Assembly (NCBI GenBank): GCA_945928315.1
Contig: CAMENN010000001.1
Location: 142 to 64,141 of the forward strand
Direction: 5' to 3'
Source of the DNA: an uncultured Clostridia bacterium
Lineage (GTDB): Bacteria; Bacillota; Clostridia; Christensenellales; Aristaeellaceae
Length of the DNA: 64,000 nucleotides
Under the pieces are notes generated by a model. It worked only from the letters and a program-made list of their open reading frames with translations, did no database searches and was not told the origin of the DNA. Shown one piece after another: positions 43,390-53,133 of the stretch. The translations under genes were made by a program, and so were the position numbers. Numbering within the stretch: position 1 is the stretch's first letter; each line of letters starts with the position of its first letter.

Positions 43390-45038
43390 GCGTTCTCACC
43401 CGCCCCTTCCACACGCAGCGTCTCAAAGAGCGTGCCGTCCTGCCGCTCCGCCGTCAGCGATGCATGCAGCGGCGCGCGCCGCTGCGCCGCCCAGTCCGCA
43501 AGCAGCGGCTGCGCGTCCTCGAGCGACAGGCGGAGCGTCAGCCCGTCCGCGCCCGCATGCAGGTTGACCAGCAGCGCGGAGAGCCCGGGCAGCGCCGCCT
43601 CCACCGCGGCCTCGAAGAAGTCATAGGCGAGCGTCACCGCCTGCGGGGCGAGCTGCGCCTCCCCCTGCGCGCACAGCGTGCAGGAGACGCCCGCGTCCGT
43701 CAGGCAGCCGAGGGATTCGCGGATGCACAGCGCCAGCTCCTGCGCCTGCATGCGCGGCTCCGCCTCCGCGAGAAGCGCCAGGTTGCAGCGCCGCTTGACG
43801 TACGCGCCGTACACGCACACCTGCGCCATCCGCCGGGAAAAGTCCGGCATCTCCGGCGTCATGCCGCGAAGCAGCGCGTCCATGCGCGCAAGCTGCGGGC
43901 GCACCGCGGCGAGCATGCCCTCGTAGAGCCGGTTCTGCTCCTCCACCTGCGCCTGCAGCGCCGCGGCCTCGTTCTCCGCGCGCACCAGCTCGTTTTCCTC
44001 CGCGAGCATGGCGGCCGTCTCCCGCAGGCGCTCGCGGATGCGGTTGATCCCGCCGACGTTCTCCGTCCAGCAGACGGTGCCGCCGCGGATGGCGTGCGCG
44101 CTCAGGCGCACATCCGGCGTGAGCATCACCGCGCCTGCCTGCGCCTGCCGCCGCTGCTCCGCGGTGAGCCGGAGCGGCCGGGCGGAGCTGTACACCGCGT
44201 TCCCCTGCGCGTCGGCGATCTGCGCACAGATCGTGGACGCGGCAAAAAAGCCGCCGTAGTTGGCGTTGGAGGGCAGAAGCCCCACCTGGATGCAGCACTC
44301 CCACGTCGCAATGAACGTGGCGCAGAACATCTCCGGCACCTTGAAGGCGGTGAGCACGTTTGCAAAGCTGAGCAGGCAGAGCGCAAAGCCGGAAAGGAAC
44401 ACCACGCCCGGCAGCCAGATGAAGCGCCGTCCGCTGCGCACGCGGCTGCGCGCAAAGACCACGCCCACACCCGCCGCCATCATGGCGAGCATGAACGCGC
44501 AGGCGGCGAAGTACAGCGGCCCGTGCGCGTAGACGTTCAGCCGGCTCTGCGGCGGAAAGAAGCGGAAGGCCAGCTCATGGCGGCTGTTGGTTACGATCCC
44601 CAAAAACAGCACCGCCGCGGGCACGAGCAGCAGATACCAGCGCCGGGAGATGCTCTGCCCCTCCGGCCGCCCCAGGTGCAGCGCAGCCAGCAGCATCAGC
44701 ACCGGCGCGACCAGCTGCGGCAGATAGTACAGGTACCACAGCATAAGGCAGACCGCCTCCGATTCAAAGAAGCGGTACTTGCAGGCGCGCAGCACGATCC
44801 ACAGCGCCGCCAGCGCCGCACAGCTGATGAGCAGCCGGCGCACCGCGCGGTTCATGATGCGCTGCGCGATGGACGCGGCCCAGCCCAGCGCCAGCCCCAG
44901 ATAGATGACGGTCATCCCCATGAAATTGACGGACCGCAGCGCAGCGGGCAGCAGGCCGTCCAGCTCGTGCAGCGCGCCCGCCAGCAGGAACAGCCCCGCC
45001 GAAAGCAGCAGCGCCGTCCGGTTTGCGCCCTTTTGCAT
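43386..45038 (-). CDS. 7TM membrane protein with coiled coil and a degenerate kinase-like C-terminal domain
   Basis: 550 aa with about 7 hydrophobic segments, then a coiled-coil ENELVRAENEAAALQAQVEEQNRLYE. No obvious phospho-acceptor His box. Overlaps the HK gene by 4 nt. Confidence 0.6.
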   Translation of the reverse strand: MQKGANRTALLLSAGLFLLAGALHELDGLLPAALRSVNFMGMTVIYLGLALGWAASIAQRIMNRAVRRLLISCAALAALWIVLRACKYRFFESEAVCLMLWYLYYLPQLVAPVLMLLAALHLGRPEGQSISRRWYLLLVPAAVLFLGIVTNSRHELAFRFFPPQSRLNVYAHGPLYFAACAFMLAMMAAGVGVVFARSRVRSGRRFIWLPGVVFLSGFALCLLSFANVLTAFKVPEMFCATFIATWECCIQVGLLPSNANYGGFFAASTICAQIADAQGNAVYSSARPLRLTAEQRRQAQAGAVMLTPDVRLSAHAIRGGTVCWTENVGGINRIRERLRETAAMLAEENELVRAENEAAALQAQVEEQNRLYEGMLAAVRPQLARMDALLRGMTPEMPDFSRRMAQVCVYGAYVKRRCNLALLAEAEPRMQAQELALCIRESLGCLTDAGVSCTLCAQGEAQLAPQAVTLAYDFFEAAVEAALPGLSALLVNLHAGADGLTLRLSLEDAQPLLADWAAQRRAPLHASLTAERQDGTLFETLRVEGAGENA

Positions 45039-45048
45039 CGCGTCCTCC

Positions 45049-45948
45049 TCACACCGTGCTCATCGTCGCGCTCATGTTCACCAGGTCGATGAAGCGGCGC
45101 GCACCGACGCCGAGCGTCTGGTTTTTGGGATACGCCAGGTTGATGTTGGTGATGATGCGCGGCTCGATGTCGATGGCCACGATGTCATCGGTGAGCAGCG
45201 GCAGCGTCGGCCGCTTGGTCAGCAGCGCGATGCCCATCTTCTTGCGCACCAGGTCGAGCATGTTGCTGGCGCGGTGCGTCGTCAGCACCACGTTGGGCGT
45301 AAAGCCCGCGCTCCTGCAGGCCTCCATGCACAGCGAATACATGAACGTGTTCTTGCTCAGCAGCATCAGCGGCTCGTTGCGCAGGTGCTCGATGCGGATG
45401 AACTGCCGCCCCGAAAACGGATGATCCCGGTGGAGGAAGGCCGTCAGCTGGTCGGCGTCGTGGTGGACGATGTTGAACTCGCCCGTGCTGCGCTCCCCCT
45501 CGCGCAGGAACGCGAGGTCGCACTGGCCCGAGCGCAGCATGCGCGTCAGCTCCAGCGTGTCCCCCTCGATGATGTCCATGGAAAAGCCGGGGTTCTCCTG
45601 CTGAAAGCGCATGATCAGGTCGGTGATGCGGTACTGGCTCATCACGGGGATGGAGCCGATGCGGATGTTGCCGTGCTCCGCCTTGAGCGCGCTGCCGATG
45701 GCCGCCTCATAGGCATAGCGCGTGGAGGCGATCTGCCGGGCATAGGGCAGGAACAGGCTGCCGAAGGGCGAGAGGGACACCTTGCGCGTGCTGCGGTCGA
45801 ACAGCTGCACCTGAAGGTCCTCCTCCAGCGCCTTGATGTGCCGGGAGAGCGCGGACTGCGAGACAAACAGCCTGTCCGCGGCCTCCATGTAGTTGCAGGT
45901 CTCCGCCAGGACGACAAACTCACAGATGTACTCAATCTCCATGGCCAT
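45049..45948 (-). CDS. LysR-family transcriptional regulator
   Basis: MAMEIEYICEFVVLAETCNYMEAADRLFVSQSALSRHIKALEEDL is an HTH_1 domain. Start set at ATG 45948 (or 45942), not the track start 46068. Confidence 0.9.
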   Translation of the reverse strand: MAMEIEYICEFVVLAETCNYMEAADRLFVSQSALSRHIKALEEDLQVQLFDRSTRKVSLSPFGSLFLPYARQIASTRYAYEAAIGSALKAEHGNIRIGSIPVMSQYRITDLIMRFQQENPGFSMDIIEGDTLELTRMLRSGQCDLAFLREGERSTGEFNIVHHDADQLTAFLHRDHPFSGRQFIRIEHLRNEPLMLLSKNTFMYSLCMEACRSAGFTPNVVLTTHRASNMLDLVRKKMGIALLTKRPTLPLLTDDIVAIDIEPRIITNINLAYPKNQTLGVGARRFIDLVNMSATMSTV

Positions 45949-46024
45949 GCCCCCAAAATGGACGAATATACAAGGGAATCCGGGGATTATTGCACTCTTT
46001 GCATAAATCATAAGCGGATTCGGT

Positions 46025-46053
46025 TTGATTGTCAATAGAATTTGCCCTATAAT
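46025..46053 (+). promoter_or_regulatory. Promoter of 46091-47311 (LysR-divergent; conserved block copy A)
   Basis: TTGATT, 17 nt, TATAAT. Confidence 0.65.
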
Positions 46054-46090
46054 GACCGGCAGAAACAATTCGTATGATCAGGAGGACGCC

Positions 46091-47311
46091 ATGAAAGCCG
46101 GTGCATCGACCAGAATTCTTCGCTTCCCCGAGGGCTTTTTCCCGACGGAGGGCTTTTCCCGCCAGCTCGATCCGCTCTGCGCGCGGGTGCTGGTGCTTGA
46201 AAACGGGGCGCGCTACGCCCTGCTCGTGCTGGAGCTGACCTCCATCCCGCCGGAGGAGATCGACGCCCTGAACGCCGTGCTTGCTGCAGCGACGGGCGCG
46301 GCGCACTGCTTCGTGCTGGCCGCGCACACGTTCTCCGCGCCGCACTTCATGCCCGACGAGAAGCTGACCACCGACGCCGAGCGCGAAAAGAAGCGCCAGC
46401 TGCAGGCGCTGGTCGCCGGGGCCGTGCGCGAGGCCGCGCAGGAGGCCGTGCAGCAGCTTTGCGAGGTGTATCCCTCCGTGGGCGCGCAGGAATGCCTCGT
46501 CAACTCCGCGCGCGACGTGGAGACGCCCGCGGGCTGGTGGATCGGCTGCTGCGGCGAGGGCCCGGTCGATCACACGATGACGGTCATCGACCTGCGCCGC
46601 GCCGACAGCACGCACGCCGCGGTGCTGGTGCACTATCCCGTGCAGTCCTCCGTGCTCGACGGCAGCCAGCTGCGCGAGGGCGGCAAGCCCGTCTCCGGCG
46701 ATCTGGCCGGCCTGATGGCCGCGGAGCTGGAAGCCGAGCTCGGCTGTCCGGTGCTCTTCCTCATCGGCGCGGCGGGCGATCAGGCGCCCCGGCAGAAGGC
46801 CGTTGGCTTCACCTGCGACGCGCAGGGTGCCTTGACCCCCACGGACATGCAGGACGACGCCGTGCCGCTTTGCCGCACGCTCGCACGCGAGATGGTGCAG
46901 GCCGCCCGTGCGGCGCTGCGCGGCGCAACGCCCATGCGCAGCAGCGACATTGCCTTTGCACAGCGCACGGTGACGGTCCCCGCCAAGGAGATTGAGCGCG
47001 ATCTGCACAGGCTGCATCCCACGCGCATCCCGCCCTATGTGCCCTGCGGCGAGAGCGAGCAGAGCGTCACGCTGCTGGCGATCGGCGACGTGCGGCTCAT
47101 CGGCGTCAAGCCGGAGCTTTGCTGCGTCACCGCCCGGCAGATCGGCGCGGGCGACCCGCTGGTGCGCGTGGTCACGCTCTGGAACGGCGGCGCCAAGTAC
47201 ATGGCCGACGCCGCCTCCTGCGACAGGATCACCTACGAATCGCAGAACTCCCCGTTCATGAAGGGCGCGGCAGAGCTGCTCGCCGCGTGCGCGCGGGAGA
47301 TGCTGGAATAA
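46091..47311 (+). CDS. Hypothetical protein (406 aa), possibly ceramidase-N-domain-like hydrolase
   Basis: ATG 46091 with RBS AGGAGG. Divergent from the LysR gene. The fold guess is weak. Confidence 0.5.
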   Translation: MKAGASTRILRFPEGFFPTEGFSRQLDPLCARVLVLENGARYALLVLELTSIPPEEIDALNAVLAAATGAAHCFVLAAHTFSAPHFMPDEKLTTDAEREKKRQLQALVAGAVREAAQEAVQQLCEVYPSVGAQECLVNSARDVETPAGWWIGCCGEGPVDHTMTVIDLRRADSTHAAVLVHYPVQSSVLDGSQLREGGKPVSGDLAGLMAAELEAELGCPVLFLIGAAGDQAPRQKAVGFTCDAQGALTPTDMQDDAVPLCRTLAREMVQAARAALRGATPMRSSDIAFAQRTVTVPAKEIERDLHRLHPTRIPPYVPCGESEQSVTLLAIGDVRLIGVKPELCCVTARQIGAGDPLVRVVTLWNGGAKYMADAASCDRITYESQNSPFMKGAAELLAACAREMLE

Positions 47312-47321
47312 GATTCAACAC

Positions 47322-47353
47322 GCCGCCGGGCAGCGTCCGGCGGCCTTCTTTTT
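47322..47353 (+). terminator. Terminator after the 46091-47311 gene
   Basis: GCCGCCGG-GCAGCGT-CCGGCGGC followed by CTTCTTTTT. Confidence 0.8.
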
Positions 47354-47495
47354 GCCCCGCGGTGCGCGCTTTGCACGGAATACACGGCATTCTCCTGTGC
47401 TGTACGCCCCGTTTTCCCTCCGCCGGACACCACCCTGCACAAAACGCGCGCCGGGGATTGTTGCACAAACCGCATAAATCTTTTCCAAATGCGGT

Positions 47496-47524
47496 TTGAT
47501 TCCGGGAAAGAATGCCTGTATACT
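47496..47524 (+). promoter_or_regulatory. Promoter of the Dpp/Opp-type operon (conserved block copy B)
   Basis: TTGATT, 17 nt, TATACT. Confidence 0.65.
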
Positions 47525-47583
47525 GGGATCAGAAACCGGGCCTGAGCTGATCAGACTCAAAAAACAACAAGGAGGAAACCTTC

Positions 47584-49101
47584 ATGAAGAAGATCCTGTC
47601 TTTGGTCCTCGCGCTGGCGCTGCTCATGAGCTGCCTGTGCCTGAGTGCCGCCTCTGCTGAGCAGGGTGAATCCGTCGTCGTCGGTATCGCCGGCGATCCC
47701 GGCAACATCGGCCCGTTCCAGGGCATGAGCGCCGGCCGCATCGGCATCCTGTTCACCACCTATGAGTTCCTCGTCACCAAGGACGGCGACAGCTATCCCG
47801 GCGTCCTGATGAAGGAGCTGACCCAGGTCGATGACCTCACCTACGACGTGGAGCTCTACGACTACATCGTCGATCAGGCCGGCAACCCGCTGACCGCCAG
47901 CGACATCAAGTTCTGCTACGAGACCGCGCAGTCCATCGGCAACCTGCCCAAGCTCTCCTCCATCGAGAGCATCGAGGTGCTCAGCGACTACGTCTGCCGC
48001 TTCCACTTCAAGGAGCTGGCCGCCGGCGACCTGTACTCCCTGCTGATGGAGTGCCCGATCGTCACCCAGGCCGCCTATGAGGCCTCCCCGGACCAGATGG
48101 CCGTCGATCCGGTGACCACCAGCCCCTACCGCGTGACCGGCTACCAGACCGGCTCCAAGATCGTGATGGAGTACACCGGCGCCTACTGGCAGACCGATGA
48201 GAGCCTGGTGCGCACCACGTCGAAGCACAACGTCAACAGCATCACCTTCTCCATCATTCCGGATTCCGTGCAGCTGACCAACGCTCTCAAGACGAAGGAG
48301 ATCGACATCTCCGCCGCCATCGACGCCGCCTACATCAAGGACTTCATGGACGTCGAGGGCTACAACGTCACCCGCTTCCCGGACAACCTGACCAAGTACC
48401 TCATCTTCAACAACAACGTCTTCCCGGATCAGCGCGTGCGCCAGGGCATCGCCTACGGCATTGACGCCGATGACATCAACCTCTTCGCCTTCGACGGCCT
48501 GGCTATGAACGCCAAGACCATCGGCAACTCCAAGTATCCGGACTATGTCGCCGCCTGGAACGACGAGCCCTACTACGAGTATGACGCCGACGCTGCCAAG
48601 GCCCTCTTCGCCGAGGCCGGCTTCACCGGCGGCACCTATCGCCTCATGTACAGCGTCACCGACGTGAACACCAGCATCGCCACCACCATCCAGGCGGACC
48701 TGATGGACTTCGGCATCAACATCGAGCTGGTCCCGTATGACAGCGCGCTGTTCAACACCTACAAGTACGCCGACGACAGCGGCGAGTGGAACCTCATGCT
48801 CGACGAGGGCGGCTCCTCCTCCCTACTCTCCAACGTCTGGAAGCTGACCATGGACCGCAACGATCAGACGCATGGCAAGACCATCGGCTATGTCAGCGAT
48901 GACACCCTCCAGTCCCTCCTCGAGGCCGCCATGACCGAGAACACCCCGGAGAACATGGATGCCTTCCATCAGTACCTCAAGGAGCAGTGCTACGAGTACG
49001 GCCTGGTCGCGCCGGTGTCCAACCTCGCGCACACCACCGTCGTGAAGAGCGCCGTGACCTGCTTCCGCGGTCAGGTGCTGCCGGGCGCCTGCGAGTATTG
49101 A
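47584..49101 (+). CDS. ABC transporter substrate-binding protein, family 5 (peptide/nickel/opine type)
   Basis: Lipoprotein signal MKKILSLVLALALLMSCLC. 505 aa. Confidence 0.88.
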   Translation: MKKILSLVLALALLMSCLCLSAASAEQGESVVVGIAGDPGNIGPFQGMSAGRIGILFTTYEFLVTKDGDSYPGVLMKELTQVDDLTYDVELYDYIVDQAGNPLTASDIKFCYETAQSIGNLPKLSSIESIEVLSDYVCRFHFKELAAGDLYSLLMECPIVTQAAYEASPDQMAVDPVTTSPYRVTGYQTGSKIVMEYTGAYWQTDESLVRTTSKHNVNSITFSIIPDSVQLTNALKTKEIDISAAIDAAYIKDFMDVEGYNVTRFPDNLTKYLIFNNNVFPDQRVRQGIAYGIDADDINLFAFDGLAMNAKTIGNSKYPDYVAAWNDEPYYEYDADAAKALFAEAGFTGGTYRLMYSVTDVNTSIATTIQADLMDFGINIELVPYDSALFNTYKYADDSGEWNLMLDEGGSSSLLSNVWKLTMDRNDQTHGKTIGYVSDDTLQSLLEAAMTENTPENMDAFHQYLKEQCYEYGLVAPVSNLAHTTVVKSAVTCFRGQVLPGACEY

Positions 49102-49139
49102 TCGCCCGCATCCGTGCAGGACGTCGTCCCCCAGAAAAA

Positions 49140-49185
49140 GCGGCGCTGCGACCACCCCCTTCGGCCGCAGCGCCGTTTCCTTTTC
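49140..49185 (+). terminator. Intra-operon hairpin/attenuator after the family-5 SBP gene
   Basis: GGCGCTGCG...CGCAGCGCC followed by GTTTCCTTTTC. Confidence 0.65.
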
Positions 49186-49244
49186 ATCGCCGCGTGCGTC
49201 CCAAGGCCGTCTGATTTTCGACACTGCAAAAAGGGAGAAATGTC

Positions 49245-50240
49245 ATGATCCGCTATATTGGCAAGCGCTTGCTGTGGATGATTCCGGTCATGCTCGGCAT
49301 TGCCATCCTCATTTTCTCCATCATGTATATCTGCCCTGGCGATCCGGCTCAGAGCATGCTGGGTCCCAGCGCAACCGCGGTGGAGCTGGCTGCCAAGCGC
49401 GAGGAGCTTGGCCTCAACGATCCCTATATCGTCCGTCTGGGACGGTATCTGTACCAGACCTTCATCAGGTTTGACCTCGGCGTCTCCTACAAGTACGGCA
49501 CCTCCGTGTTCGAGGGCCTGATGGAGCGCATGCGCTACACGCTGGTCATCGCGCTGCTGTGCATGGCGTTGCAGGTCTTCGTCGGCACGCCGCTGGGCAT
49601 CGCCGCCGCGACGCACCACAACGGCGTCGCCGACCGCATCTGCATGCTGCTGGCGCTGGTAGGCGTGAGCATCCCGGCCTTCTGGCTGGCGCTGATGCTC
49701 GTGCTCATCTTCGCGGTGAACCTGAACTGGCTGCCCACCTCCGGCGTTGACAACGGACTGCTCTCCTTCATCATGCCGTGCATCGCCAACTCGTTTGCAG
49801 GCATCGCCTCCCAGGCGCGCCATACGCGCTCCTCCATGCTGGAGGTCATCCGCTCCGATTACATCGTCACGGCGAAGGCCAAGGGCCTCTCTCCGCGCAC
49901 CGTGCTGCTGCGCCACGCGCTGCCCAACGCGCTCATCCCGATCATCACCATCATCGGCAACGGCATGGGCATGATGCTCGGCGGCACCGTCATCATCGAG
50001 AACGTGTTCGCCATCCCCGGCGTGGGCCGCTACATGACCGACGCCATCTCCAGCCGCGACTACCCCGTCGTCATGGGCGGCGTGCTGGTGCTGGGCCTGA
50101 TCTTCAGCCTCATCATGCTGCTGGTGGACATCGTGTACGCCTTCGTCGATCCGCGCATCAAGGCGCAGTACGAAGGCCGCAGGAAGAAGAAGAAGGCTCC
50201 CGCCGCCGCGGCGGCCGGAAAGGAGGCACAGCATGGTTAA
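49245..50240 (+). CDS. ABC permease (DppB/OppB-like)
   Basis: MIRYIGKRLLWMIPVMLGIAILIF is a typical N-terminus. 331 aa. Confidence 0.9.
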   Translation: MIRYIGKRLLWMIPVMLGIAILIFSIMYICPGDPAQSMLGPSATAVELAAKREELGLNDPYIVRLGRYLYQTFIRFDLGVSYKYGTSVFEGLMERMRYTLVIALLCMALQVFVGTPLGIAAATHHNGVADRICMLLALVGVSIPAFWLALMLVLIFAVNLNWLPTSGVDNGLLSFIMPCIANSFAGIASQARHTRSSMLEVIRSDYIVTAKAKGLSPRTVLLRHALPNALIPIITIIGNGMGMMLGGTVIIENVFAIPGVGRYMTDAISSRDYPVVMGGVLVLGLIFSLIMLLVDIVYAFVDPRIKAQYEGRRKKKKAPAAAAAGKEAQHG

Positions 50241-51123
50241 GGCAAGCTCCAGGCAGGCAAACGCCGGCGTTCGCAGCCGCAGGCAGGGACAGCTCGGTCA
50301 GGTGATGCACCGCCTCGCCAAGAACAAGCTGGCGATGCTGGGCCTCTTCGTCATGCTCGCGCTCATCGCCGTGGCTCTTCTCTCCCCGTGGATCACCCCC
50401 TATGACTACGCCGCCACCAGCAAGGCCGACCGCTATGCGCTGCCCAGCGCCCAGCACTGGTTCGGCTGCGACGGCATGGGCCGTGACATCTTCTCCCGCA
50501 TCCTCTACGGCGCGCGCGCCTCGCTCTGGCTGGGCCTCATGTCCACGCTCGTCTCCACCGTCATCGGCGTGATCCTGGGCTCGCTGGTCGGCTACTTCGG
50601 CGGCTGGGTGGACAACGTGGTCATGCGCCTGCTGGACATCCTGCAGGCCATCCCCGGCATGCTGCTGTCCATCGCCATATCGGCCGCGCTCGGCTCGGGC
50701 ATCGGCAATACAATCCTCGCCCTGTCCATCGGCGGCATCCCGATGACGGTGCGCCTGCTGCGCGGCTCCATTCTCACCGTGCGCAAGCAGGAATACATCG
50801 AGGCGGCGGAGAAGATCAACTGCTCCCGCCTGCGCGTGATCACCTCCCACATCCTGCCCAACTCCATCGCGCCGGTCATCGTCTCCGTGACGATGGGCAT
50901 CGGCAACACGATCCTGCAGGCGGCCAGCCTGTCCTATATCGGCCTGGGCGTGCAGCCGCCGACGCCGGAATGGGGCGCGATGCTCTCCGAGGGCAAGGCG
51001 ATGATCACCAAGTATCCGCACCTGTGCATCTTCCCCGGTCTGGCGATCATGGTGGTCGTTCTGGCGCTCAACATGCTGGGCGACGGCCTGCGCGACGCCA
51101 TGGACCCCAAGCTCAAGAACTGA
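50233..51123 (+). CDS. ABC permease (DppC/OppC-like)
   Basis: ...LAKNKLAMLGLFVMLALIAVALLSPWITPYDY... 8-nt overlap with the upstream gene. Confidence 0.88.
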   Translation: MVKASSRQANAGVRSRRQGQLGQVMHRLAKNKLAMLGLFVMLALIAVALLSPWITPYDYAATSKADRYALPSAQHWFGCDGMGRDIFSRILYGARASLWLGLMSTLVSTVIGVILGSLVGYFGGWVDNVVMRLLDILQAIPGMLLSIAISAALGSGIGNTILALSIGGIPMTVRLLRGSILTVRKQEYIEAAEKINCSRLRVITSHILPNSIAPVIVSVTMGIGNTILQAASLSYIGLGVQPPTPEWGAMLSEGKAMITKYPHLCIFPGLAIMVVVLALNMLGDGLRDAMDPKLKN

Positions 51124-51139
51124 GGCAGGAGGCAAACTC

Positions 51140-52147
51140 ATGGAAAACAAGGAAATGCTGCTGTCCGTCCGGGACCTGACCGTGGAGTACACCTCCGAGG
51201 ACGAGGTCGTCCACGCGGTCAATCATGTGTCCTTTGATCTTGCGCGCGGGAGCACCATCGGCCTGGTCGGCGAGACCGGCGCGGGAAAGACGTCCATCGC
51301 CCGCGCGATTCTGCGCATCCTGCCCGAGCCGCCGGCCCGGGTGCCCTCCGGCGAGATCATCTTTGAGGGCAAAAACCTGCTCACCCTGCGCGAGGAGGAG
51401 ATGCAGAAGATCCGCGGCAAGGAGATCTCCATGATCTTCCAGGACCCGATGACCGCACTCAACCCCATCATGCGCGTCGGCGAGCAGATCGCCGAGGTCG
51501 TGCGCCTGCACGAGCACTGCTCCAAGGCTGAGGGCACGAAGAAGGCCAAGGAGATGCTCGAGATGGTCGGCATCCCCGGCGAGCGCTACTATGAATATCC
51601 GCACCAGTTCTCCGGCGGCATGAAGCAGCGCGTGGTCATCGCCATGGCGCTGGCCTGCAATCCGACGCTGCTGCTGGCCGACGAGCCGACCACCGCGCTG
51701 GATGTGACCATTCAGGCGCAGGTGCTCGACATGATCCGCGACCTGCGCCAGAAGCTGGGCACCTCCATGATCATGATCACGCACGACCTGGGCATCGTGG
51801 CCGAGGTCTGCGACACCGTCGCCGTCATCTACGCCGGCGAGGTCGTCGAGTACGGCACCAAGGAGCAGATCTTCGACAATCCGCTCTTCCCCTACACCAT
51901 CGGCCTGTTCGGCTCGCTGCCGGATCTCACAAGCGATGTGGAGCGGCTCTCCCCGATCGAGGGCCTGCCGCCCGATCCCTCCGATCTGCCGCGCGGCTGC
52001 GCCTTCCATCCGCGCTGCCCGCACGCCTGCGAAGCCTGCGAGAAGGCGCACCTGCCGCTTGCGGACGTGGGCGGCGGCCACCTGTGCCGCTGCAACCGGC
52101 TTGACGCCATTGCCGCCGAAGGCAAAAAGAAGGAGGCCCGCGCATGA
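51140..52147 (+). CDS. ABC ATP-binding protein (DppD/OppD-like)
   Basis: Walker A GETGAGKT, signature FSGGMKQRV, and a C-terminal oligopeptide-type Cys-rich tail. Confidence 0.92.
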   Translation: MENKEMLLSVRDLTVEYTSEDEVVHAVNHVSFDLARGSTIGLVGETGAGKTSIARAILRILPEPPARVPSGEIIFEGKNLLTLREEEMQKIRGKEISMIFQDPMTALNPIMRVGEQIAEVVRLHEHCSKAEGTKKAKEMLEMVGIPGERYYEYPHQFSGGMKQRVVIAMALACNPTLLLADEPTTALDVTIQAQVLDMIRDLRQKLGTSMIMITHDLGIVAEVCDTVAVIYAGEVVEYGTKEQIFDNPLFPYTIGLFGSLPDLTSDVERLSPIEGLPPDPSDLPRGCAFHPRCPHACEACEKAHLPLADVGGGHLCRCNRLDAIAAEGKKKEARA

Positions 52148-53106
52148 GCACGCCGATGATCGAGGTCAGGCACCTCAAGAAGTATTTTGACACCCCCAAA
52201 GGCACGCTGCATGCCGTGGACGACGTCACCTTCAAAATCGGGAAGGGCAAGACCATGGGCGTCGTCGGCGAGTCCGGCTGCGGCAAATCGACGCTCGGCC
52301 GCACGATGATCCACCTGCTGGAGAGCACCGACGGTCAGATCCTCATGAACGGCGAGGACATCACGCGCGTGGACAAGAAGCAACTGCATGAGATCAACGA
52401 GAAGATGCAGATCGTCTTCCAGGACCCGTATTCCTCGCTGAACCCGCGCCAGACGGTCGAGGAGATCATCCGCGAGCCGCTGACGCTGAGCAGGCGCTAC
52501 AAGTCCCGCGCCGAGATCGACGAGAAGACCGAGGACCTCATGCACCTGGTCGGCATCGACGAGCGCCTGCGCCACGCCTATCCGCATGAGCTGGACGGCG
52601 GCCGCCGCCAGCGCGTGGGCATCGCGCGCGCCCTGTCCCTGAACCCGGAGTTCATCGTCTGCGATGAGCCGGTCTCCGCCCTGGACGTCTCCATCCAGGC
52701 GCAGGTGCTCAACCTGCTCCAGGATCTGCAGGAGAAGCAGGGATTGACCTACATGTTCGTCACCCATGACCTCTCGGTCGTGCGCCACATCTCGGACGAC
52801 ATCTGCGTCATGTATCTGGGCCAGCTGGTGGAAACCTCCCCCGCGAAGGAGCTGTTCATCCGCCCGCTGCATCCCTACACGAAGGCGCTGCTCTCCGCGA
52901 TTCCCTCCACGGACATTCACCATCCGCACGAGCGCATCCACCTCAAGGGCGAGATCACCTCGCCGATCGATCCCAAGCCCGGCTGCCGCTTCGCCGCGCG
53001 CTGTCCGTATGCCTGCGATGCCTGCCATCAGCCGCAGCAGCTGACCGAGCTGACGCCCAACCACTTCGTCTCCTGCTGCAGGGCCGCGGAACTCAACGGC
53101 CTGTAA
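52144..53106 (+). CDS. ABC ATP-binding protein (DppF/OppF-like)
   Basis: Walker [10 protein letters not shown]; Walker B IVCDEP. Confidence 0.92.
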   Translation: MSTPMIEVRHLKKYFDTPKGTLHAVDDVTFKIGKGKTMGVVGESGCGKSTLGRTMIHLLESTDGQILMNGEDITRVDKKQLHEINEKMQIVFQDPYSSLNPRQTVEEIIREPLTLSRRYKSRAEIDEKTEDLMHLVGIDERLRHAYPHELDGGRRQRVGIARALSLNPEFIVCDEPVSALDVSIQAQVLNLLQDLQEKQGLTYMFVTHDLSVVRHISDDICVMYLGQLVETSPAKELFIRPLHPYTKALLSAIPSTDIHHPHERIHLKGEITSPIDPKPGCRFAARCPYACDACHQPQQLTELTPNHFVSCCRAAELNGL

Positions 53107-53133
53107 CCCAACCGCAAGAAAGGAACGCCGCCT

